Origin: a virus
Virus record (IMG/VR): IMGVR_UViG_3300046485_000051
Coordinates: 1 to 64,000 of that record
Length of the DNA: 64,000 nucleotides
Strand: one strand, 5' to 3'
The first letter of the stretch is position 1; each line of letters opens with the position of its first letter. The position numbers were made by a program, and so were the translations under genes. Positions 7,618-15,948 of the stretch are shown here, piece after piece. The notes below the pieces were generated by a model. That model saw only the letters and a program-made list of their open reading frames with translations, was not told where the DNA came from and ran no database searches.

Positions 7618-7941
7618 ATGATACTTCGAGTGACCTGAGTAGGCTTTAACGGCGGCTGGAGGTTCGACCTTCGGCTCTGCGGGTCCGGGCGGGAATGGAT
7701 GCTAACTTTCTGGAAGTGGCACGTCCGCCTGATTCTTTGATTTTTGGATAGGGGCGCTTTCAGGCCGTCAGGCCGTCAAGCCTCGCGGAGCCCCGACAAG
7801 CGATAGACCTGGTGCGTTGACGCGCACGGAAAAGCATGCCGGTTGAAACCGGAGGTCCCCCTAGGTCGTGGGGTGCGGTTCATAGCCGTATGGTGTAAAA
7901 TTCGCTTCCTTTTCTGCCTCAAAAATAATCACACTTCTTTG

Positions 7942-7970
7942 TTGACACCCTCGCCTGCATAGACTATAAC
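7942..7970 (+). promoter_or_regulatory. Sigma70-type promoter TTGACA-N17-TATAAC
   Basis: -35 at 7942-7947 and -10 at 7965-7970. ATG at 7981 lies 10 nt after the -10 hexamer. Confidence 0.5.
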
Positions 7971-7980
7971 AAGTGACGGT

Positions 7981-8421
7981 ATGACACAGAACAAATTATG
8001 GTCTTTTGTAATCGTGACCCAGGGCGACGGGAAGCCGGGCGATTTGGGTTTTGAAACGCTCTTCAGCACGCGCGATGAAGTAGCGAAGGAAGCGCTCACC
8101 AAAATTCTTTGGGAACAGAATGCGGGTTTCCGCCGGTCCAACCAGACCCGCAACCGCCGGGAGGTAATTGTCACCCACATTGACAAGGCCGAGGCCGAGC
8201 GCTGGCAGAACACCGCCGGCCGGAATGGGCTCAAGGCCAAGCCAGTCAAGACCGGGCACGTCTTTAGCTCCGCAACAGAAGCCTCCGGGCACGTCGGGCT
8301 GCGACACAACGAGGTTGCGATGATTCTCTCGCGCTGCACATCCACGGGGGAAAAGCAGGCGACCGTCCGGGGCGTCACTTTTGCCTACCACGACGATGTG
8401 GCCGAAACAGCGAGCAAGTAA
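7981..8421 (+). CDS. Small DNA-binding protein with C-terminal NUMOD1-like HTH (paralog of 6170..6562)
   Basis: GHVFSSATEASGHVGLRHNEVAMILSR..GEKQATVRGVTFAYHDD. Confidence 0.6.
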   Translation: MTQNKLWSFVIVTQGDGKPGDLGFETLFSTRDEVAKEALTKILWEQNAGFRRSNQTRNRREVIVTHIDKAEAERWQNTAGRNGLKAKPVKTGHVFSSATEASGHVGLRHNEVAMILSRCTSTGEKQATVRGVTFAYHDDVAETASK

Positions 8422-8651
8422 TGAGCGCGTCAAATCAAAACCCCAACTGTGACGGGAGCGGGCCGCACGACCCGGGCGAGGTCCGCGTGCTGCCCCTGGG
8501 CTCGCAGCCCAACCACGGCAACCTGATTCTCTGCCGGCAGTGTTTTGGGCGGGAGCTTAGCTTTCGGCGTGAGCGTAACTGGTCGCTGAGCAAGGACTGC
8601 AAGTTCAAGCTGCCGCCCTGGGAGAGCCTGGAAGTTTACCCCGAGCCGTAA
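8421..8651 (+). CDS. Small Cys-containing (zinc-ribbon-like) protein
   Basis: TAATG overlap with the upstream gene. Carries NCDGSG..CRQC. Confidence 0.5.
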   Translation: MSASNQNPNCDGSGPHDPGEVRVLPLGSQPNHGNLILCRQCFGRELSFRRERNWSLSKDCKFKLPPWESLEVYPEP

Positions 8652-8656
8652 AAGTG

Positions 8657-8672
8657 GGGGAAAAGTTTCCCC
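8657..8672 (+). terminator. Short hairpin GGGGAAA-ag-TTTCCCC after the 8421 gene (weak terminator candidate)
   Basis: 7-bp inverted repeat followed by ttgacttttg. Confidence 0.25.
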
Positions 8673-8728
8673 TTGACTTTTGTCACCATAATTTGTTAAG
8701 CTCTGACAATGAGACCAAGTAAAACATT

Positions 8729-8938
8729 ATGCACGGCCTGAATCAAATCGTTGCCTTGAACGCTGAAAAGAAAAGCTCCTATGAGGGCAGGTTGCCCAGC
8801 CGCGAGCCCCAGGCTCCGCGCAGTATTCCTGTAAGTGAAGCTGACAAAGACAGCGCCTCGGGGAGAAACAACCAGCCCTACAACAAAGGTGGCGAGCCCC
8901 ATACTGGCGGCTGTGGCTGTCCTCCGGGCGCAAAATAA
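8729..8938 (+). CDS. Doubtful 69-aa ORF in the late-leader region
   Basis: ATG ORF, but third-position GC is only about 62% by hand count against about 73% in terL. It may be non-coding leader. Confidence 0.2.
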   Translation: MHGLNQIVALNAEKKSSYEGRLPSREPQAPRSIPVSEADKDSASGRNNQPYNKGGEPHTGGCGCPPGAK

Positions 8939-9040
8939 CTTACCCCGGTGCCAGGTCGGGAGCGCACGAGTGCGCGGAGGTCTTTTTTGTGTTTATCCTC
9001 CCCCTGCCCTGGCACCGGCTGCTTTAACTCAACCACGACT

Positions 9041-9196
9041 ATGGGAATCTTCGGAGCAATTTTTCTTCTGTTGGTCCTGGGCGGTCTCCTTGCCGGTGGC
9101 TACGTCTTTCTGTCGAAGCTGAACGCCGCGACCAAGGTTGCCCCGCTGGTCGATCTGCCGCATAGCCGGTGGACGGCCACGGGAACGTCCAGCTAA
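9041..9196 (+). CDS. 51-aa single-pass membrane peptide
   Basis: MGIFGAIFLLLVLGGLLAGGYVFLSKL... Third-position GC is about 73% by hand count, gene-like. Confidence 0.4.
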   Translation: MGIFGAIFLLLVLGGLLAGGYVFLSKLNAATKVAPLVDLPHSRWTATGTSS

Positions 9197-9208
9197 ATCT
9201 TCGGTGCC

Positions 9209-9253
9209 AGGGAGGATGGGAATGGCATAGGGATGGGGAATCAGGGATAGGGG
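9209..9253 (+). repeat. GGGA/GGGG-rich tract with three AGGGAU(A)GGGG-like units and six G-runs of 3 or more
   Basis: cagggaggatgggaatggcatagggatggggaatcagggatagggg. The last G-run is part of the terminator stem. Confidence 0.8.
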
Positions 9254-9291
9254 CCGCCGTCTGATGAAAAGGTCGGCGGCCCTTTCTGTTT
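9251..9291 (+). terminator. Strong intrinsic terminator ending at the terminase start codon
   Basis: gggccgccg (9251-9259) pairs with cggcggccc (9274-9282), then tttctgttt. ATG of terL is at 9292. Confidence 0.6.
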
Positions 9292-10833
9292 ATGGATACG
9301 GAAAACTGGTATAGACCGAGCAAGCAAATCGCCGAGTTCCACGAGAGCAAGGCCCGTATTCGCGCGCTAATTGGTGGGCGCGGCACCGGGAAGACCACGA
9401 CCATCGCGGTCGAGGCTATTGGGCACTGTCTGCACAACTCCGGTGCGAAGGCGTATATCCTCCGCAAGACCCAGGACTCGAACGAAGACACGACGCTGGA
9501 GACGTTCGAGAAGCAGGTCTTCCCGAACCTCGGGTCTGCTTACCGGGACACCGGGGTTTCACTGTTCAAGAAAGTTGATGGGGGCAAGCAGTTTCGGCTG
9601 CCGTCGCGTCTGGCCGTCGAGAAGTTCAACGAGTGGAAAGCAGCCAACCCGCGCGCGACGAAAGCCCAGACGTTGACCTGGCTCGAAGCGGTGGGGAATA
9701 TCTTCTGCTCGTGGCTCCTGTTCGCCGGTGTGCCCGAGGCGCGCTATCGTGCTTCGCGCTTTCGTGGTTACGAGTGCTCGCTGCTGATTTTTGTCGAGGC
9801 CGACCAGTTGGCCCGGGAAGACCTGGACCTCGGCGTCGCTTGTCTGCGGTGGAAGGGGGCGGACCCGACGACCTGCGATGAAAAGGGATTTATCAAGGAC
9901 GCCGGGGTCGTTCTGGACACCAACCCGCCGAGCCCCCGACATTGGATTGCCAAGCTCGAAGAAGAGTCCCTCGGTGACCCCTCAGTCCGCTTCTGGCACC
10001 TTCGCACGCGCGACAACGCACATAACTTACCCGAAGGCTACGCCGATGGCCTAGAGAGGCAATACCGGAAGAATCCGGCTATGCTGGCGCGGATGGTGAA
10101 CGGCGAATACGCCGAGGCGTTCGACGGGACGCCCGTGCTGCACGAGTTTGCCCAGGAGCACGCGAAGGAGAACCTGCCCTGGCCCAAGGGGGCCTATCTG
10201 ATTCGCGGCTGGGACTTCGGCTCGACCCAGGCCGTCATCTTCTCGGCCTACTGGGCGGAGGGGAACACGGAATACTGGTGGGACCTTCACGAGTTCTTTG
10301 CCCGGCAGTCCGACGTAGACCGTCAATGTAAGGCGGTGCTGGACATTACCCGGACGGCCTTTCCGTTCTGGAATGACCGGTCCATTTGTTCGGGCGTTCG
10401 CGACTACTGCGACCCGGCGGGCAATGCACAGACGGACAAGGGCTCCAGCGTCAACGTGCTGCGGACCTACGGCATCTATCCGGGCTTTATCCGCATGGGG
10501 CTCCAGGAGAGCATCGCGATTTACAACCGGCTGCTGGCGAAGAAGGACGCCTTCGACAAGCCTGTCTATCATCTGGACAAGCTGACGTGTCCGCAGCTTT
10601 TCGTCGCCAGTTCGGGCGGCTACCGGTATCCGGTCGAAGGGGAACCGGGCTTCGGCGGGGACGAGCCACTCAAAGGGCCGAGCGGCGGGGACTATGACCA
10701 CGTCTGTGACGCTAGCCGGTATGCCAAGTTTAACTGCCTGAAGCTCCTCCGAACGGAGGCCGAGCAGTCGAAGAAATCGGTCGGGGCGCTGGCGCACAAG
10801 GCGGCGGCCAACCACAACAAGCGGTATTATTAA
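9292..10833 (+). CDS. terL: Terminase large subunit
   Basis: 513 aa with Walker A IGGRGTGKTT near the N-terminus. Size and position ahead of the portal fit. Confidence 0.85.
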   Translation: MDTENWYRPSKQIAEFHESKARIRALIGGRGTGKTTTIAVEAIGHCLHNSGAKAYILRKTQDSNEDTTLETFEKQVFPNLGSAYRDTGVSLFKKVDGGKQFRLPSRLAVEKFNEWKAANPRATKAQTLTWLEAVGNIFCSWLLFAGVPEARYRASRFRGYECSLLIFVEADQLAREDLDLGVACLRWKGADPTTCDEKGFIKDAGVVLDTNPPSPRHWIAKLEEESLGDPSVRFWHLRTRDNAHNLPEGYADGLERQYRKNPAMLARMVNGEYAEAFDGTPVLHEFAQEHAKENLPWPKGAYLIRGWDFGSTQAVIFSAYWAEGNTEYWWDLHEFFARQSDVDRQCKAVLDITRTAFPFWNDRSICSGVRDYCDPAGNAQTDKGSSVNVLRTYGIYPGFIRMGLQESIAIYNRLLAKKDAFDKPVYHLDKLTCPQLFVASSGGYRYPVEGEPGFGGDEPLKGPSGGDYDHVCDASRYAKFNCLKLLRTEAEQSKKSVGALAHKAAANHNKRYY

Positions 10834-10840
10834 GGTCTGC

Positions 10841-10869
10841 TTGACCGAGGGTATTAAATTCGGTATGCT
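10841..10869 (+). promoter_or_regulatory. Promoter-like TTGACC-N17-TATGCT
   Basis: -35 at 10841-10846 and -10 at 10864-10869. ATG at 10878 is 8 nt downstream. Confidence 0.4.
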
Positions 10870-10877
10870 TGCTGATT

Positions 10878-11180
10878 ATGGACCAGGACACAGAAATCAC
10901 TACACCCGAGGCTGAGACCGCTGCGTCTCTCACGTTAAGCGGCGAGCAGGCCACCGAGTTTCTGGGCCTGGAGCCCGGCGACGAAGTCACTCTTCAGCTT
11001 ACCGGCAAGGACGAGAAGGCCGGCACCGTCACGTTTGAGAAGCTGACCGAGCCTGACGAAGCCGCGCCGGAGGAAGACGAAGCCACCACGGGCGCGGCCG
11101 AGGAGAAGGTCCTCGGCTACAAGCGCCCGAGTGTGAAGAAGGAAACGCCGAAGCTTTCGGCCGAAGACTTAATGAGCTAG
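10878..11180 (+). CDS. Acidic hypothetical protein
   Basis: ORF 10869..11180 trimmed to ATG 10878. Asp/Glu-rich, 100 aa. Confidence 0.5.
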   Translation: MDQDTEITTPEAETAASLTLSGEQATEFLGLEPGDEVTLQLTGKDEKAGTVTFEKLTEPDEAAPEEDEATTGAAEEKVLGYKRPSVKKETPKLSAEDLMS

Positions 11181-11189
11181 GGGGACGCT

Positions 11190-11570
11190 ATGCTGCACTA
11201 TCTGGGACCTGACATGGGGCCGCACGGCCCGGTGACCAACAACCTGCCGCCGGCTGTGCCGGGCTCGATGCCTAGCGGCGTGCCAGGCATTCTGCCTTCG
11301 CCCGCGCCGACACCAGCGCCAGCGATTCAGATGCACTGGGCTCCGCCCCCGCCGAACGCTCTGGCCGCGATTACCAACCGGATGCCGGGCGGCCCGAACG
11401 CCGCGCCTCCGCCGGCACCGCCCCCGCCCGCGCCGGAGTATGCCACGACGACTCAGGATGACGGCTCGATTTTGCTGCATATCCAAAACCCGGACGGCTC
11501 GCTCGGCCCGGTGGTCAAGGTCCTTCCGCCCATCAAGCGCCCAGGCGACAACAAGCCGGCGGCGCAGTAA
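11190..11570 (+). CDS. Proline-rich hypothetical protein
   Basis: 126 aa with PPPP/APAP runs and high third-position GC. Lies between terminase and portal. Confidence 0.5.
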   Translation: MLHYLGPDMGPHGPVTNNLPPAVPGSMPSGVPGILPSPAPTPAPAIQMHWAPPPPNALAAITNRMPGGPNAAPPPAPPPPAPEYATTTQDDGSILLHIQNPDGSLGPVVKVLPPIKRPGDNKPAAQ

Positions 11571-11576
11571 CGCACT

Positions 11577-13712
11577 ATGGACCGCCTCGTCGCCCGCCGG
11601 CTCGATACAGATAAGGACTATCGCTCTCGGCTCGTCAAGCTCGCCAAGGACTATCTGAAGATAGGCCGTGACGCGCTGGCTTATTGGTCGAGCGATTTCG
11701 ACCTGGCCTATGACCTGCTCTCCTGCTACTCGCCCTTGTCGAAGAAGGATATGGAAGCGCTCGAAAGGGGTCATCCGAAGCGGTTCGTGCTGCCGATGAC
11801 GGCGACGCAGATAACGACCATGAGCACATACGTCGCCCAGGTCCTCTTCGGCCAGGAAACCCCGTGGAAGGTGGAAGGCCGCCGGCCCGAGGACGAAGTC
11901 CCTGGCGAGTTTGTTAATCAGCTTTTGCGGTGGAACGCAGAACAACAGCCCACCTATCTGCTTGGCTACCTGTGGTGCCAGGACGCGCTCGCGGTGAACC
12001 GGGGTATCTTCTACAACTCCTGGGCACCTATCATGCGTCCTGAGCTTATCCAGGTGCCCGTGGCGGACCCGACAGACATAGACGAGGCAACCGGCCAGCC
12101 GAGAACGTATCTGCGCCCCACCCGGCGCAACAAGGTCATCGGCAGCTATAATCGTCTTGAGTTGGTTTCGCCTTACGACTTCGTTTGTGACCCGGCCTTA
12201 CCGCTCTGGCGGCAACAGGAAATGAGGTTCAATGGGCATCGGTCGATTATACCGGTGACCGAGCTTCGCCGACGCTCCAAGCTGCCGGTTGACCATCCGG
12301 CTTACGTCATGCCGACTGCGGTCGAGGATTTGGTCGCGAAAGCCAAGAAGGGCGTCGCTCAGAACGACCCCGGCATCCCTTCACTGCCCGGCGTGCAGCC
12401 CAACCCGGCGGAAATCCGAATGAGTCGAACGGCCTACGAGCGCACTCGCGCGCTTCAGCCGACCGGCCAGGTCCAGGCGGACAAGAACGATACCGGCAAT
12501 GTCGAGTGCTGGGAGTTGTGGGTCCGGCTCGTGCCGAGCGATAATCACATTTACGACGACGAGGTTCACGGGGCCGGCACGGGAGCCGGCGGCGCGCTCA
12601 GCGGCCCCCTGGCTGCGACCGAGACGACGGACGAGCCGGTCATCTTCCAGCTTCTCATTGCCGGCGGCGACGTGCTGCTGTCAATCAATGAATCGACCTA
12701 TGCGCACGGCATGTATCCGTATTCGGTGGGCGAAGGCCGGCCGAGCGCGCATTTCCAGTTCTCGCCCGGCTGGGTGCAGATTTTGAAGGGCTTGCAGGAC
12801 TATGTTGACTGGTTGAAGAACCGGCACCAGGAAGCGCTGAGCCGGACCCTGGGCAACATCTTTCTGTATGACCCGGCGATGGTGGACGTGACCGACTTCA
12901 TGGACCCCGATAAGGAGGGTCTGATGATTGCGCTCAAGCCCGAGGCCAACGGCAAGAAGCTCGACGAGGTTTTTAAGCAGATACCGATTAAGGACTTGAC
13001 GGAGAACTTCCTGGAGGAAGCGATGGAGTTTGTGAAGTTCTCGGAGAGCGTCACGGCGGCGGGCTCGGGTATGCAGGGCGTCATCCCGAATGGGGCTGAC
13101 CCCAGCGCGACGCAATTTGCCGGCACGCAGCAGATGGGCGCGGGGAGGATGACTTCCATCGCGCGGCTGCTCTCCTCGCAGGCGCTCGTGCCGCAGGCCA
13201 AGCAGTTTGTCTCGAACTTCCAGCAGTTCATGGACCAGCCGCAAGCGATTCGCTTCAAGCCGACCGACCCGACAGCGGTGCCGGCGGAGTTGGCGGACGC
13301 CGCCTCGGTGACGGTGAGCAAGGACACGATTGCGGGCGAATACGAGTTTGTGGCACACGATGGAACTTTGCCCGGGACGGACGGGCGCAAGGTGGCGGCG
13401 ATTGTCCGGCTGCTCGAAGCGGCGCAGGGTTTCCCTGACGCATTCACTCCGCAGCCCGGCAACATCAACCCGCGCAAGCTGCTCCTGGTCGGGGCCAAGG
13501 CTAGCGGGCTCAATGTCGAGAACTTCGTTTACGATTCGACAACGACCCCGCCGGCAGGTCCTCCCGCGCCGGGCGGGCCAGGCACTCCTCCGCCTCCGCC
13601 GGGGATGCCAATGAATCCCGGGCCGCAGCCGATGGTGCCGGCGCTGCCTGACCTCGGCGCAACAGATTTGACGCCAGTGAACGCACCCCAGCCGAGGCCG
13701 GGAAATGTTTAG
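11577..13712 (+). CDS. Portal (head-to-tail connector) protein
   Basis: 711 aa located between terL and scaffold/capsid. Called mainly from size and position; has a Pro-rich C-terminal tail. Confidence 0.7.
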   Translation: MDRLVARRLDTDKDYRSRLVKLAKDYLKIGRDALAYWSSDFDLAYDLLSCYSPLSKKDMEALERGHPKRFVLPMTATQITTMSTYVAQVLFGQETPWKVEGRRPEDEVPGEFVNQLLRWNAEQQPTYLLGYLWCQDALAVNRGIFYNSWAPIMRPELIQVPVADPTDIDEATGQPRTYLRPTRRNKVIGSYNRLELVSPYDFVCDPALPLWRQQEMRFNGHRSIIPVTELRRRSKLPVDHPAYVMPTAVEDLVAKAKKGVAQNDPGIPSLPGVQPNPAEIRMSRTAYERTRALQPTGQVQADKNDTGNVECWELWVRLVPSDNHIYDDEVHGAGTGAGGALSGPLAATETTDEPVIFQLLIAGGDVLLSINESTYAHGMYPYSVGEGRPSAHFQFSPGWVQILKGLQDYVDWLKNRHQEALSRTLGNIFLYDPAMVDVTDFMDPDKEGLMIALKPEANGKKLDEVFKQIPIKDLTENFLEEAMEFVKFSESVTAAGSGMQGVIPNGADPSATQFAGTQQMGAGRMTSIARLLSSQALVPQAKQFVSNFQQFMDQPQAIRFKPTDPTAVPAELADAASVTVSKDTIAGEYEFVAHDGTLPGTDGRKVAAIVRLLEAAQGFPDAFTPQPGNINPRKLLLVGAKASGLNVENFVYDSTTTPPAGPPAPGGPGTPPPPPGMPMNPGPQPMVPALPDLGATDLTPVNAPQPRPGNV

Positions 13713-14451
13713 GATACTTCTTCGTATGCTCTTGAACGCCCTTCACACTTGCGGGCTTTCCCCTTCCCAACAGATTATCGTTCTGGGACCTCCGGGGCCG
13801 CGAGACCCAGGTCCCACGGTTTTGGAGTCACCTGTTGCCAAGGCCGCGACAGACATAAGCCTGACTGGGTTTACAGTGAACTGGCGGCGAGTCGCCAAAG
13901 CGTCTTCCTACATCATCAAGATTTTCTCGAATGGCGGACCCACGCCGCTATTTGTCTTGAGCGCCTCCGCCGGAGACTCGTCCTTAGCTGTGACGGGACT
14001 CACACAAGGCACCGAATACGATTACCAGGTCTTCGCCCACTACGCGGCCGCCAACGCGGACAGCGGGCCTTCTAACACTGTCGCTGCGATTACAACATCG
14101 CCGCCTGATGTTGCTTACTGGTGGGTCCACGACTATGCCTCAGCCGACCCCAACAGCTTCGTGAGTTTCCCTCTTTTCTCTTCAGCTTATGCCGTCTATG
14201 GAAGCGGGGACGTGGACCACCCGGGTAATTACGTTTTTGGCACGGAGCAGGCTCTCGTGAACTACTTGAGCCCAAGAGAAGACGGCTTGCCCTGGGCGCG
14301 AGTGGTGCTGTATGTCAATGGGCTTGGAGACCTTGAGGGTTGGCTTGGGTCAGATTCCGGGGGGTATTGGGTAACCGAGCCCACGCTCGCACAGGTCGAG
14401 GCTGACCTCTTGGCTTCTCCGACGGCTCCGCCGGGGCTCAACTTCAGTTAA
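13705..14451 (+). CDS. FN3-domain protein (possible head decoration or accessory virion protein)
   Basis: DISLTGFTVNWRRVAKASSYIIKIFSNGG..LAVTGLTQGTEYDYQVFA is FN3-like. Overlaps the portal stop by 8 nt. Confidence 0.55.
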   Translation: MFRILLRMLLNALHTCGLSPSQQIIVLGPPGPRDPGPTVLESPVAKAATDISLTGFTVNWRRVAKASSYIIKIFSNGGPTPLFVLSASAGDSSLAVTGLTQGTEYDYQVFAHYAAANADSGPSNTVAAITTSPPDVAYWWVHDYASADPNSFVSFPLFSSAYAVYGSGDVDHPGNYVFGTEQALVNYLSPREDGLPWARVVLYVNGLGDLEGWLGSDSGGYWVTEPTLAQVEADLLASPTAPPGLNFS

Positions 14452-14462
14452 GCGGATTTCTG

Positions 14463-14491
14463 TTGACGCCGTTTAACTAGGTTGCTAGGTT
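14463..14491 (+). promoter_or_regulatory. Promoter-like TTGACG-N17-TAGGTT (ctaggttg duplicated)
   Basis: -35 at 14463-14468 and -10 at 14486-14491. ATG at 14504. Confidence 0.4.
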
Positions 14492-14503
14492 GGACCTTGT
14501 TAA

Positions 14504-14773
14504 ATGAACGACCTTGGAATTGACCCAAAGAACTTTCGCTACGACTTCGGGCGTGACTGGACAATGTTTCAGGAGACGCGGGTCGCTAAGTTCCTGGTGC
14601 TCTACCTGCGCAGAGAGATTGAGCAGGCGAGGACCGCCCTGGAGCGGGCGACCACCTTCGAGGACGTAAGATTGCAGCAGGGCGCGATCAACGAAGCCCG
14701 GCACCTGCTGACGATTCTGAAAAGCCCCAACGTCATTTCGCAAGTCAACGACGTATTAACAAGCATTAACTAA
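14504..14773 (+). CDS. Hypothetical protein
   Basis: 89-aa ORF directly upstream of the scaffold gene. Confidence 0.5.
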   Translation: MNDLGIDPKNFRYDFGRDWTMFQETRVAKFLVLYLRREIEQARTALERATTFEDVRLQQGAINEARHLLTILKSPNVISQVNDVLTSIN

Positions 14774-14776
14774 CTT

Positions 14777-15892
14777 ATGGCTGAACCTACTACCACTGGA
14801 GGCGCTTCGACGCCTGTAAACGCAACGCCGGAAACGGTAACTCCCGACCGCTTGACGGTCCCGGTATCGGCAATCTTCGACGCGGGCGACCTGACTATGC
14901 CCGGAGGAACAACTCCGCCAGCGCCCGCTGCGGCTCCGGCGGAGGCACCTACGCCAGCGCCCGCTGCGGCTCCGGCGGAGGCACCTACGCCAGCGCCCGC
15001 TGCGGCCCCGGCGGAGACGCCTACACCCGCGCCAGCGCCCGCTGCGGCCCCGGCGGAGACGCCCGTCCAGAAGGTGAAGGTCGGCGGGAAGGAATACACG
15101 CAAGAGGAGTTGGAAAAGCTTCTGGCGGAGCGCGCGGCCCAACCGGCTCCCGCTGTTGTTCCGACACCCGCACCGGCTGCCGCAGCCCCGGCCCCCGCCG
15201 CACCTACGCCCGAGCAGGTCGCTAAGGCTGAGAGCGAGTGGGCCGCCAAGTTCAGCGAGGAAGAGAAGCTCAACTTCGGGCTCTCGACGGAGGAAGTCGA
15301 GACGCTGCTGTCCGGCGGCGAGGACGCGGCCAAGCTCTTCGGTCAGAAGATTACGGACGCCTGCGCGAAGGCTGTCATGCTGGCGCGCAAGAGCATTTAT
15401 GCCGACCTCAACCCGACCCTGGAGCGTATCCAGCGGGACATGACACCGTTGCTGACCAACAACACCCAGGTTGAGCAGGTGGCGGCCGAGCACCAATTTG
15501 TGGCGGCCTACCCTGACTTCAAGGGCCATATCGACACTGCTCGCCAAGTCGGCGAGGCGCTGTTGACCAGGTATCCGGAGCAGTGCGCGGCGATGACGCG
15601 CGAGCAACTGCTGGCAGAGGTCGCGGCCCAGACGGACCGCATTCTCCAAACGGAATTCAAGCGCTGGAATCCGAGTGCGACAGGCACCTGGCGGGAAGCC
15701 GGCAAGACGGCTCCGGCTGCCCCGACGCCGGCCCTCGCAGCACCCGCCGCGCCGGTTCAGCCAGCCGCAGCACCCGCTGCGCCGGCAGTGGCTCCGGTTC
15801 GGGCTCCCGCGTCTAACTCTCCCGCAGCCGTGGCGGTTGGTGGGCAGCCGCAGGGCTGGCACAAGAGCACAGCCAAAAGCCTGGCTGACTAG
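14777..15892 (+). CDS. Scaffolding protein (putative)
   Basis: Ala/Pro/Glu-rich with predicted helical segments. Lies between portal and capsid and contains the PAPAAAPAEAPT repeats. Confidence 0.6.
   Translation: MAEPTTTGGASTPVNATPETVTPDRLTVPVSAIFDAGDLTMPGGTTPPAPAAAPAEAPTPAPAAAPAEAPTPAPAAAPAETPTPAPAPAAAPAETPVQKVKVGGKEYTQEELEKLLAERAAQPAPAVVPTPAPAAAAPAPAAPTPEQVAKAESEWAAKFSEEEKLNFGLSTEEVETLLSGGEDAAKLFGQKITDACAKAVMLARKSIYADLNPTLERIQRDMTPLLTNNTQVEQVAAEHQFVAAYPDFKGHIDTARQVGEALLTRYPEQCAAMTREQLLAEVAAQTDRILQTEFKRWNPSATGTWREAGKTAPAAPTPALAAPAAPVQPAAAPAAPAVAPVRAPASNSPAAVAVGGQPQGWHKSTAKSLAD
14918..15064 (+). repeat. 36-bp tandem repeat (about 4 copies) encoding PAPAAAPAE[AT]PT
   Basis: Units start at 14918, 14954 and 14990, with a fourth after a 6-nt insertion at 15032. 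Confidence 0.85.
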
Positions 15893-15911
15893 GCCGCAGC
15901 TAAGGAAAGAA

Positions 15912-15948
15912 CTCTCCCGCGCAAGCCCGGCGGGAGAGGCTTCTCTTT
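15912..15948 (+). terminator. Intrinsic terminator-like hairpin ending at the next start codon
   Basis: ctctcccgc (15912-15920) pairs with gcgggagag (15930-15938), then gcttctcttt. ATG at 15949. Confidence 0.5.

Noticed and set aside
7657-7890. tRNA-like T-loop strings: ggaggttcgaccttc at 7657-7675 and tgcggttcatagccgta at 7874-7890.
   Set aside because: Neither can be extended into an acceptor stem or cloverleaf. Conserved positions fail (the G53-C61 pair in the first, A58 in the second).
8696-8933. Minus-strand ORFs 8696..8902 and 8727..8933 opposite the doubtful 8729..8938 ORF.
   Set aside because: There is no promoter or operon context on the minus strand inside a plus-strand block. The whole 8.65-9.04 kb stretch may be non-coding leader.
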